DNA from: Acetobacteraceae bacterium
GTDB taxonomy: Bacteria; Pseudomonadota; Alphaproteobacteria; Acetobacterales; Acetobacteraceae
NCBI GenBank assembly: GCA_003151425.1
Contig: PLXO01000061.1
Span: forward strand, 3,748-67,747
DNA length: 64,000 bases
Direction of reading: 5' to 3'
Shown: positions 56,801 to 64,000 of the stretch, piece after piece
How positions within the stretch are numbered: position 1 is the stretch's first letter
Layout: the number at the start of each line of letters is the position of its first letter
Notes under the pieces: model-generated
The model's database searches: none
What the model was told of the DNA's origin: nothing
What the model saw: only the letters and a program-made list of their open reading frames with translations
Program-made: the position numbers and the translations under genes

Positions 56801-59122
56801 TTCCGACCGGCCGGCGGCGCAAACACAAGGCCGCGCCGGGCGATCGGGCTGACCTGGGTGGGGCTGGATCCGGCCGCGCGAAAACTCGATGTCGCCATCG
56901 ACACGCCGGAGAAGCTGGCGCCGCGCGCCCGGGCGATGATCCCGATCCGCACCGCGCCCGGCGCCTGGGTGAGCCTGGCCGTGGTCGACGAGGGCATTCT
57001 GCGGCTGACCAGCTTTGCCTCCCCCGATCCGGCGACCCACTATCTGGGCCGGCGGACGCTTGGGGTGGACATCCGCGATGACTGGGGCCGGCTGATCGCG
57101 CCCGGCGAGGGCACCGCCACCGCGCTGCGCCAGGGTGGTGACGAGGGCAGCTTCGTGCTGCCCGACATCCCGCAGAAGACGGTGACGCTGTTCACGCCGC
57201 CGGTGCAGGCCGATCCAGACGGGAAGCTGTCCATCCCGTTGGATTTGCCGGATTTCGCTGGGCAGGTCCGGCTGATGGCGGTGGCCTGGAACGGCACTCG
57301 GATCGGTGCCGGCGCGCAGGATGTGCGCGTGGTCGACCCGCTGGTCGCCGAGCCGTTGCTGCCCCGCTTCCTGGCACCGGGGGATCAGGCACGGCTGACC
57401 GTGCTGTTGCAGAACCTTGATCTGCCGGTGGGCGAGGATGTCGCGACGGTCTCGGTGGACGGTCCGCTGTCCTTGGCCGGCCCGGCCCGGCTGTCCGCCA
57501 CCCTGGCGCCCATGGCGCAGGCGACGCCGTTCACCCTGCTGACCGCGACCGGCGCCGGACGCGGCGTGGTGAAGCTGGACGTCACCGGCCCCGGCGGCTT
57601 CCAGGTGCACCGCGAGGCGGCCATCACCGTCCGCCCGGCGCGCGGTGTCGCCACCTCGATCGCCGGCGGCGAACTGGCGCCGGGCGGGGAGGTAGCGCTG
57701 CAACCGCCGACCGCGACTTACCTGGCCGGCACCTGGCGCGCCTCGGCCAGTTTCGGCGGTGCGGTGCGCTATGACGTCGCGGGGCTGGTGCAGGCGCTGG
57801 ACACCTACCCGCTGAACTGCATCGAGCAGGCAACCAGCCGCGGCCTGCCGCTCGCGCTGCTGCCGGATGGCCCGCTGGCCGGTCCGGACCGCGCCGGCCG
57901 GCTGCAACGCGCGGTCGGGTTCGTGCTGGATCGGCAGCGCTTCGACGGCGGCTTCGGCCTGTGGTCGGCCGAGAACGACGCCGAGCCCTGGCTGTCGGTC
58001 TACGCCACCGAGTTCTTGCTGCACGCCCGCGATGCCGGCGCCGCGATCCCCGCGCAGGCGCTGAAGGACGCACTGAAGTTCATCGCCGATGCCGCTGATA
58101 ATGGGGAGGATAACCCGGAGCACCTGGCCGACCAAGCCTACCGCCTGTATGTGCTGGCGCTGGCCGGGCAGGGAAGGCCGGGTGCCGCGCGGGTGCTGGC
58201 GGCGCGAATCGATCGACTGCCAACGCCGCTTGCCAAGGCGCAGCTTGGCGCCGCACTGGCCCTGGCGCACGACCCGGACCGCGCCGATGCCGCCTTCGCC
58301 GCGGCACTCGGTGCCCCGGCGCGAAACTGGTGGCGCGCGGATTACGGCACCGCGCTGCGCGATCAGGCGGCGATCGCGGTGCTGCTGAAGCAGAGCGGCC
58401 TGGCGCCGGACCGGCTGCAGCGTCTGCTGACGGCAATGCCGGGCGCGAATCTCGACCCCAGAACGCTGAGCACCCAGGAACAGGCCTGGGCTGCGGCGGC
58501 GGCCGCTGTACTAGGCCGCGACGGCCGTGCGTCCCGAATCGCGCTCGACGGCAAGAACTTGCCCGACGCGCCCGTGGTCACCGTGGCGCTGAGCGGGCCG
58601 GCAACGGCCCGCAATCTCGACGATCGGCCGGTCTGGCAGAGCGTCTCGGTGACCGGGGTGCCGGCCGCGCCGCTGCCGGCGGCGCGCTCGGGCATGCGGA
58701 TCACCCGCCAGTTCTTCAATCTGGACGGCAGTCCGCTCGACCTGGAGCACCTGAAGCAAAACACCGTCTTCGTGCTGCTGCTGGAAGGCCGCGCCGAGGA
58801 CGGCCAGCCGCACCAGACGATGGTGCAGCACGGTCTGCCAGCCGGTTGGGAGCTGGCAGGGCGGTTCGCCGGCGGCGACGCGCCCGGCCCGCCCTGGCTG
58901 GGCAAGCTGAGCGACCCACAGGCGCAGCCGGCAGCCGATGACCGCTACGCCGCGGTGGTGGAGCTGACACCGCAGAAGCCCGACTTCCGCCTTGCCGTGC
59001 GGGTGCGCGCCGTGACGCCAGGTATCTTCGAGATGCCCGGCGCCGAGGTTGCCGACATGTACCGCCCCGGCATCTTCGCGCGTCAGGCCGCCGGCAAGAT
59101 CACGGTGCATGGGGTGGAGTGA
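53810..59122 (+). CDS. Alpha-2-macroglobulin family lipoprotein (YfhM-like)
   Basis: Lipobox LLALAC, CIEQ thioester motif at 57818-57829, ~1770 aa, directly coupled to pbpC. Confidence 0.85.
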   Translation: MRRLSLAIVALLALACGVAWADDFSLPGLAADSDAYAALLTKRFPAGGTPQARRQAEAQADAATRKNDWAAVAAALETRVALGEADAAIWMALAQAQMRRTPPEANRVLQAAWQNFSQASAGPDEIPPLLLMADALGVLNRPAQAIQALQAAAQRAPDDAKLRQRLAETRRAVGVLVSRVRAEPEADPPRACIGFTTPPTRRDDFHPDDWVRLEPAVPGAAVTREGDEICVSGLPSGATTHVVLRAGLPGEDDLSLVKQTAFNVAIANRRPRIDFDTRMFVLPRGQAPTISLSTVNLSAVKLTLARLTERNIVAFVRENRLGQPVETYSANNIGEQTGRVVWQGSAAVPTWEPNKAARTALPLPEALAASGPGLYALTAQAGDGTPNASGAVQMILRTDLAPTVWRGADGLTVQVRGFSDAMPRAGVRLRLIAANNDILAEAATDADGIARFAAPLLHGEGPVAPRAIHAFGADDDFTMLDLDAAAFNLADRGVAGMPDPGPLDAFVWLDRGIYRPGETVQAMALLRDDAGKPADLPAHVTIRRPNGQIFQEITPARGPDGSIYVPVKLSAGAPVGTWLVEVRADPAAPPIGRADFRVDAFVPDRMAVELGPVSVASVSGSPASGPVVPGPSTSAPAGSGPSTSGPSGSGSPASGASASGLSASGASASGPSASGPSASGPPALAQIAPGRSYTLPVTARFLYGAPGAGLTGKATLRLVQDDAPFPVLDGYRIGLENETYAPDSKDTDLPETNAQGRTAYTISILHAPDTSFGLKAAIEVVINDPSGHGSRAQTEIKLRPAGRLIGIKPLFKGRAVDVGTEAGFDIAAVDPDGKRVAMAAKLRLVRERPDWRMVMRGNLARYETVWRDEPLSTRDVQIPADAPLHIAQKLDFGRYRIEVLESGGLAGTSMRFRAGWVSSDSPDVPDQVDVSADRAIYPPNGTARIHITPPFAGHATVLALTDRVRVLRTLAVPEGGVDVDIPASPDWGPGAYVTVHLFRPAGGANTRPRRAIGLTWVGLDPAARKLDVAIDTPEKLAPRARAMIPIRTAPGAWVSLAVVDEGILRLTSFASPDPATHYLGRRTLGVDIRDDWGRLIAPGEGTATALRQGGDEGSFVLPDIPQKTVTLFTPPVQADPDGKLSIPLDLPDFAGQVRLMAVAWNGTRIGAGAQDVRVVDPLVAEPLLPRFLAPGDQARLTVLLQNLDLPVGEDVATVSVDGPLSLAGPARLSATLAPMAQATPFTLLTATGAGRGVVKLDVTGPGGFQVHREAAITVRPARGVATSIAGGELAPGGEVALQPPTATYLAGTWRASASFGGAVRYDVAGLVQALDTYPLNCIEQATSRGLPLALLPDGPLAGPDRAGRLQRAVGFVLDRQRFDGGFGLWSAENDAEPWLSVYATEFLLHARDAGAAIPAQALKDALKFIADAADNGEDNPEHLADQAYRLYVLALAGQGRPGAARVLAARIDRLPTPLAKAQLGAALALAHDPDRADAAFAAALGAPARNWWRADYGTALRDQAAIAVLLKQSGLAPDRLQRLLTAMPGANLDPRTLSTQEQAWAAAAAAVLGRDGRASRIALDGKNLPDAPVVTVALSGPATARNLDDRPVWQSVSVTGVPAAPLPAARSGMRITRQFFNLDGSPLDLEHLKQNTVFVLLLEGRAEDGQPHQTMVQHGLPAGWELAGRFAGGDAPGPPWLGKLSDPQAQPAADDRYAAVVELTPQKPDFRLAVRVRAVTPGIFEMPGAEVADMYRPGIFARQAAGKITVHGVE
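55645..55857 (+). repeat. Ser/Gly/Pro/Ala-rich low-complexity insertion with ~15-nt periodicity inside the A2M gene
   Basis: Translates as ...SGPSTSGPSGSGSPASGASASGLSASGASASGPSASGPSASGPPA. Confidence 0.7.
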
Positions 59123-61341
59123 TCCTGCTGCGCCTACTCGCGCCGTTGGTCGCGGCGGTGTGGCTGCTGGCGGCGGCCGGGGCCTGGCTGGATTGGATGC
59201 TGCCGCCCGATCTGTCGCGCCTCGCCGCGGTGGGCACCGAGGTCGATGACCGGACCGGCCGACTGCTTGCGCTGCTGCCGGCACCGGGTGGCGTCTGGCG
59301 GTTCCGCGCCTCGGCCGACGAGGTGTCGCCGGCGCTGCTGGACCTGCTGATCGCGGTGGAGGATCGGCGGTTCTGGCTGCATCCCGGCGTCGACCCGATC
59401 GCCTTGCTGCGCGCCACGGGACAGGCGCTACGTGCGGGGCGGGTGGTCTCCGGCGGCTCGACCCTGGCCATGCAGGCGGCCCGGCTGCTGCACCCGCGCC
59501 CTCGCACCCTGCGCTCCAAGCTGATCGAGATGGCACGCGCACTGCAACTGGAGATGCGGTACGGGCGGGCAGGGGTGCTGGACATCTGGCTGACGCTCGC
59601 CCCATTCGGCGGCAATCTGGAAGGCGTGCGGGCCGGGTCGATGGCCTGGCTCGGCGTGCCGCCCGGCGCGCTGGAGCCGGCCCAGGCGGCGCTGCTGGTG
59701 GCGATCCCCCGCCGCCCCGAGGCGTTGCGACCCGATCGCCACCCGGACGCCGCGCGCGTGGTCATGGCTCGCGTTCTCGCCGCGGCCCCAGGGCATTTTT
59801 CTGCCGATTCGAAGGGGGATTTGCCGGGCGCGCTCACGCGGGAGCTGACGGGGCAAACGACAGGCGATTTGGCGGCGAATTTGCCCGGCGATTTGACCGC
59901 GGATTTGCCGGATGATTCAACGCAGCTCGACTTTGCCGGGAAGCGGACAACGATGCGGCCAGAGGCGGGGCGCGCGGAGGCGGGGCAGCGGTGGACGGGG
60001 AAGGTCGGGGACGGGAAGGGGGGCATGAAGCGGCTGCCACTGCCGCGTCATGCGCCACAGATCGTCGCCGCACTGCCTCGCCAGCCGGTCATCCGGACCA
60101 CGCTCGACCTGCCGCTGCAGACGGCGCTGGAACGCCTGGCACAGGAACGGCTACAGACCCTGCCGCCACGCGTCTCACTCGCCATCCTGATCGCCGACGC
60201 CGAGACCCGCGAGGTGCGCGCGGCCTTCGCCGGCGCCTGGCGCGATGAGGCCCGCGCCGGGGCGTTGGATCTGACTCGCGCCGTGCGTTCCCCCGGCTCC
60301 GCCCTGAAGCCGTTCATCTACGCCATGGCCTTCGCCGACGGTATCGCCGGGCCGGAAACGCGGCTCGCCGACCTGCCGCATCGCTACGGCACCTATGCGC
60401 CGGAGAACTTCGACCGCGGTTTCGCCGGCAGCGTCACCGCGGCCGAGGCGCTGCGTCGCTCGCTCAACCTGCCGGCGGTCGCGCTGCTAGATCAGGTTGG
60501 GGCGTTACGCTTCGCGGCGACACTGCAACAGGCCGGTGCCACCCTGCGCCTGCCGCCGGGCGCCGATCCGTCGCTGCCGCTGGCGCTGGGCGGGGAGGGG
60601 ATCACGTTGCGCGAGGCGGTCGGACTTTATTGCGCCCTTGCCACCGACGGCACCGGCGGTACGCTGCGTCTGCTGACCAGCGACGCGCGCCCCACTGATC
60701 CGCGCTTGGCCGATCCGCCCCCCACCGACCTACGCGTCGCCACGCCCTTCCTGCCGCCGCAGGTTGCCCGTATCGTCGCTGACGTGCTGACCCACAGATT
60801 CCCGAATGATGGCCCCGCTGGCGTCGCCTGGAAGACCGGCACAAGCTGGGGCGGGCGCGATGCCTGGGCCTTCGGCTTCGACCGGCAGCATGTGGTCGGT
60901 GTCTGGCTCGGACGGCCCGACGGCACGCCGATGCCGGCGGCCACCGGTGCCTCGATGGCGCTGCCGCTGTTGGCGCATGTCTTCGATCTGTTGCCGAAAT
61001 CGCCCCGCGTGGTCACGCCGCCTTGGACGGCCCCAGCGAGCGCCGCGGGTGCCTCCCTCAGCGCGAGCGCTGGGCAGCGCGGACAGGCGGCGACCGACGC
61101 GTTGCATCTGCTGTTCCCGCCGCCCGGCGCTGTGCTGTCGGCGGATGGGCCGGTGACGATCCGCGCCATGGGGGGACGCCGGCCGCTGAGTTTCCTGGTG
61201 GATGGGGCGCCACTCGCGGCCGAGCCGGCGCGGCGCGAAGCGGCCTGGCGCCCACCCGGCCCCGGGTTCTACCGGCTCACGGTGCTGGACGCGGATGGCG
61301 AGGCCGCACATGCCGTCGTGCAGGTCCGCACCGCTCCATGA
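59119..61341 (+). CDS. pbpC: Penicillin-binding protein 1C
   Basis: Transglycosylase motifs EDRRFWLHPGVD and GGSTLAMQ. Transpeptidase motifs SALK and KTGTS. The GTG start overlaps the A2M stop (GTGA). Confidence 0.88.
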   Translation: MILLRLLAPLVAAVWLLAAAGAWLDWMLPPDLSRLAAVGTEVDDRTGRLLALLPAPGGVWRFRASADEVSPALLDLLIAVEDRRFWLHPGVDPIALLRATGQALRAGRVVSGGSTLAMQAARLLHPRPRTLRSKLIEMARALQLEMRYGRAGVLDIWLTLAPFGGNLEGVRAGSMAWLGVPPGALEPAQAALLVAIPRRPEALRPDRHPDAARVVMARVLAAAPGHFSADSKGDLPGALTRELTGQTTGDLAANLPGDLTADLPDDSTQLDFAGKRTTMRPEAGRAEAGQRWTGKVGDGKGGMKRLPLPRHAPQIVAALPRQPVIRTTLDLPLQTALERLAQERLQTLPPRVSLAILIADAETREVRAAFAGAWRDEARAGALDLTRAVRSPGSALKPFIYAMAFADGIAGPETRLADLPHRYGTYAPENFDRGFAGSVTAAEALRRSLNLPAVALLDQVGALRFAATLQQAGATLRLPPGADPSLPLALGGEGITLREAVGLYCALATDGTGGTLRLLTSDARPTDPRLADPPPTDLRVATPFLPPQVARIVADVLTHRFPNDGPAGVAWKTGTSWGGRDAWAFGFDRQHVVGVWLGRPDGTPMPAATGASMALPLLAHVFDLLPKSPRVVTPPWTAPASAAGASLSASAGQRGQAATDALHLLFPPPGAVLSADGPVTIRAMGGRRPLSFLVDGAPLAAEPARREAAWRPPGPGFYRLTVLDADGEAAHAVVQVRTAP

Positions 61342-61462
61342 GGCGGATGGTACTTCGTTATCAGTGGCCTGCTGATCCCCCCGCGCTTTTCCCTGGCGTG
61401 CGCCGCGAAGGGCAGCGCACGCCGCGGGCAGGACACTGGGCCGTTGCCTGCTGCTCACTGCC

Positions 61463-62350
61463 TTGCTGCTGTCCGGGCCGTTGGCCGGCTGCGCGGAGTC
61501 GCCCGGGGGCGCCTGCAAGCTGGTCTGGCGCGCCGATCTGCCGATCGAGCCACGCGACAACCTCATCTTCGTCGACGTGATGTTCGACGGCCATCCCGCG
61601 ACGTTGGTGATGGACACCGGCGCCGAGCGCACCACCCTGACCGAGACCGCGGTGACCCGGCTGCGCCTGCGCCGCGACCTGCGGCACCCGACCAACACCG
61701 TCGGCATTGGGGGGACCAGCGCCAGCTACCAGGCGTTGCTGGACGATTTTGCGATCGGCGTCTTCCACCTGCCGGTCGAGCGCGTCGCGGTCGGCACCTT
61801 TCCGCTGTCCGAGATCGGCGGCATCCAGGCGGACGGGCTGCTGGGCGCCGACATCCTGTTGGCGTTCGACCTCGATATCGATATGCCGGCGCGCCGCCTG
61901 ACGATCTATCGCGCCCGACCATGCGCCGACTCGCGTCCGCCCTGGACGGTGCCCTACTTCTCGATCGAGGGCGTGGCGATGCGGCGCGACCGGCTGGTGG
62001 TGCCGCTCACGGTCAATGGCGCCGATGGGCGCGCGGTGCTGGACACCGGCGCGCAGCGCACCGTGATACGGCCCGAGTTCGCCGCACGCGGTGGCGTGAC
62101 CCAGGCGATGCTGGATGCCGACCCCAGCCGCACGATGCGCGGCGCCTCGCGCGAGGCGGCGTCATTCCGCCTGCATCGCTTCGATACGATCCGCATCGGC
62201 ACCGAGACGGCGCACGGCGTGCCCGTGCCGGTGGCGCGGCTGCCCGGCGGCGAGGAGGACGCGTTGATCGGCGGCGATTTCCTGCGCGCGCGGCGGATCT
62301 GGCTGTCCGCCGCGTCGCATCAGGTGTTCTTTACCGCGCCGGCGCCGTAA
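61463..62350 (+). CDS. Two-domain retropepsin-like aspartyl protease lipoprotein
   Basis: Two DTGA motifs (LVMDTGAERT, AVLDTGAQRT) and a lipobox LSGPLAGC. The start is unresolved (see findings). Confidence 0.65.
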   Translation: MLLSGPLAGCAESPGGACKLVWRADLPIEPRDNLIFVDVMFDGHPATLVMDTGAERTTLTETAVTRLRLRRDLRHPTNTVGIGGTSASYQALLDDFAIGVFHLPVERVAVGTFPLSEIGGIQADGLLGADILLAFDLDIDMPARRLTIYRARPCADSRPPWTVPYFSIEGVAMRRDRLVVPLTVNGADGRAVLDTGAQRTVIRPEFAARGGVTQAMLDADPSRTMRGASREAASFRLHRFDTIRIGTETAHGVPVPVARLPGGEEDALIGGDFLRARRIWLSAASHQVFFTAPAP

Positions 62351-62394
62351 TACCGACCGCCGAACGATTGTCTCTCGCGCAAGCGGAAGCGCGA

Positions 62395-63882
62395 CTAATT
62401 GCCAAGGTAGTACCTCACCAATAGTGCCTGCACGATGACGAACGGTGTCGTGACCCCTAGCGCGCAGAGTCCCGCGGGAGCCGCGGCACGGGCGAATGGC
62501 ACCAGAAGTGGGAATGTCGGTACGGCCAGCACCAATATCGCCGCAAGTGGAATGAAGTAGCGGCCTTGCACGCCGTCAACCAGATCCGCCCCGGTCTGGG
62601 TCCAGCTCAAATACTGCGCGACGAAGATCAGCAGTGCGGCGCCGACCGCGACGACAAGTGGCAGCCAGGGACGGCGGGCCACACCCTCAAGGGCAGCCGC
62701 GAAGCCGGCTGCGAGGGCGGCAAATGCCAAGGCCACGTACCAGCTCGGCAAAGCGGTATCCAGCCAGCCGAGCTGACCGACGAACTGCACGGCGTATGTC
62801 AAGGTCTCGACTCGAATTGTATTCATGAGCACTGTGCCGATCCGCAGCGGATCGGCGAGCAGCAGTCCCACCTGAGCGGACGGGTCCCTAAGCGTAACGA
62901 GGACGGCCGCGGCCATAAGTGCGGACCACGCGCCGACCGCGACGACCACGGCGCACGCCGCCGCGGCGCTGGCCCGGCGCAGCCGCGATGCGGTGAGTAG
63001 AGGCAGCAGGGCGAATGTCACATATGGCGGTCGCGCCATGCCGATCGCCGACAGGGCCAGCACAATCAGGCTGAGCTCCGCCCAGTTGGCCGGTCGGCCA
63101 CGCTCTATGATGCGGTCGATCCAACCGACCGCCAGTAAGGCGAGCCCTATGATCAGCGCGTCCTGGCCGACGGCTGCGTCGAGCGAGCAGGTCATCGGCA
63201 GCATTGCCAATGCCGCCAGGGCGTACCTGGAGCGACGGGCACTCGCAAGTGCTGCGGCGTTGACCAACACCGCGGCCAGAGCCGTTGTGGCGCGTGCCAG
63301 ATACAGCGAACGATCGACACCGATGCCGAGTACTTGGCTGATCACCACGGCCGCCACAGCGGGGAGATAAAGCCAAGGGGGGTAAGGCGCCGTGTTGGCA
63401 AATCCCACAAGGGATGGCGACTCGCCCCAATGCGCCTGATCACCGGCTGTTCGCATCGCGAGAGTGACCTTGCGCTCCGGGTGGAATTTCAGCGGCTCGA
63501 ACGGCGTCGCGGCGACAAATATGTTGGCGTCCGACATCCCGCCGGCGTCGTTTCGGCCGATTCGCTGGCCGAGAAGTTCGCCATGCGCCAGCTCGACGAC
63601 GCGCAGCATGTGGTTCGGCTCATCGCCATTGGACCAGGGTGGCATCAGCCAGACGAGCGTCAGCAGCAGCGGTAGCGCCCAAACGACATAGAGGACCGGG
63701 AGCGCCCGATAGACACGTTCTAACAACGGATCATGCTCGAACGATCCGAGGTGCCTTGTCGCACGCTCCCGACCAACCGCAACCCTCTTTAGCTGTTCGG
63801 CCCGCGCTCCATCGAGATCGGCTGCCAGCGGCGCAGGTTGGACTTCATCAGCACCGCCGGGTTGACGCAGCTCATCGGCCAC
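62395..63882 (-). CDS. DUF2142-like polytopic membrane protein (glycosyltransferase-C-like)
   Basis: More than 10 TM helices and DEPNHMLRV near the N-terminus. The GTG 63882 start would overlap the upstream gene by 94 nt; TTG 63726 is an alternative. Confidence 0.6.
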   Translation of the reverse strand: MADELRQPGGADEVQPAPLAADLDGARAEQLKRVAVGRERATRHLGSFEHDPLLERVYRALPVLYVVWALPLLLTLVWLMPPWSNGDEPNHMLRVVELAHGELLGQRIGRNDAGGMSDANIFVAATPFEPLKFHPERKVTLAMRTAGDQAHWGESPSLVGFANTAPYPPWLYLPAVAAVVISQVLGIGVDRSLYLARATTALAAVLVNAAALASARRSRYALAALAMLPMTCSLDAAVGQDALIIGLALLAVGWIDRIIERGRPANWAELSLIVLALSAIGMARPPYVTFALLPLLTASRLRRASAAAACAVVVAVGAWSALMAAAVLVTLRDPSAQVGLLLADPLRIGTVLMNTIRVETLTYAVQFVGQLGWLDTALPSWYVALAFAALAAGFAAALEGVARRPWLPLVVAVGAALLIFVAQYLSWTQTGADLVDGVQGRYFIPLAAILVLAVPTFPLLVPFARAAAPAGLCALGVTTPFVIVQALLVRYYLGN

Positions 63883-64000
63883 TTGCCGTTCAGCACCAGC
63901 GCCAGCTCGCGCCCGACATGACGTTTGCGTGCCGGATCGAACCGGGCGGAGGCTGACGCCGTGTGCGCGCTGAGCGTCACGTTCGCCATCGACAGGATCG
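63789..64000 (-). CDS. Partial CDS (C-terminal end only; continues beyond the window)
   Basis: An open frame ends at the stop at 63789-63791. No family recognised. Confidence 0.25.
   Translation of the reverse strand, partial: ILSMANVTLSAHTASASARFDPARKRHVGRELALVLNGKWPMSCVNPAVLMKSNLRRWQPISMERGPNS

Overview
This is a high-GC (judged by eye, not computed) alphaproteobacteria-like chromosomal window. All calls rest on motif recognition by eye; no searches or computations were run. The backbone is housekeeping: lepB-rnc-era, recO, parC, dhaKL, eno, ppk2, ftsB, rpoH, an rluD-like gene and mscL. There are also metabolic and transport clusters: a Liv-type binding protein with an intradiol dioxygenase, FAH hydrolase and cupin; and an M20 peptidase, a nucleoside hydrolase and a NitT/TauT-type ABC transporter. 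A Cache/HAMP hybrid histidine kinase is present, and so is an envelope cluster: a di-haem cytochrome c, a lipoprotein alpha-2-macroglobulin with a CIEQ thioester motif, PBP1C, a two-domain retropepsin-like lipoprotein and a DUF2142 protein. Accessory or decayed patches are interleaved with this backbone:
- a 2.8 kb insertion splits era from recO and carries a tandemly triplicated small tail-anchored coiled-coil gene;
- two toxin-antitoxin-like pairs sit after parC;
- a repeat-rich junk region at 16.9-21.5 kb holds a 186-bp tandem array, one unit of which is interrupted by a 154-bp MITE with an 8-bp target duplication;
- a gene graveyard at 35.4-38.0 kb holds an acyl-CoA dehydrogenase remnant, an ISAs1-like transposase remnant and a PilZ remnant;
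- an operon encodes a predicted catalytically dead kinase-like protein with a small membrane protein;
- an island carries a HigBA-like pair and a membrane-anchored pentapeptide-repeat protein.
In-frame 12/15/18-nt tandem repeats recur inside otherwise conserved genes, and hairpin REP-like elements are scattered through intergenic DNA. No rRNA, tRNA or CRISPR array was recognised. Many long ORFs in the track are antisense or shadow ORFs typical of high GC.
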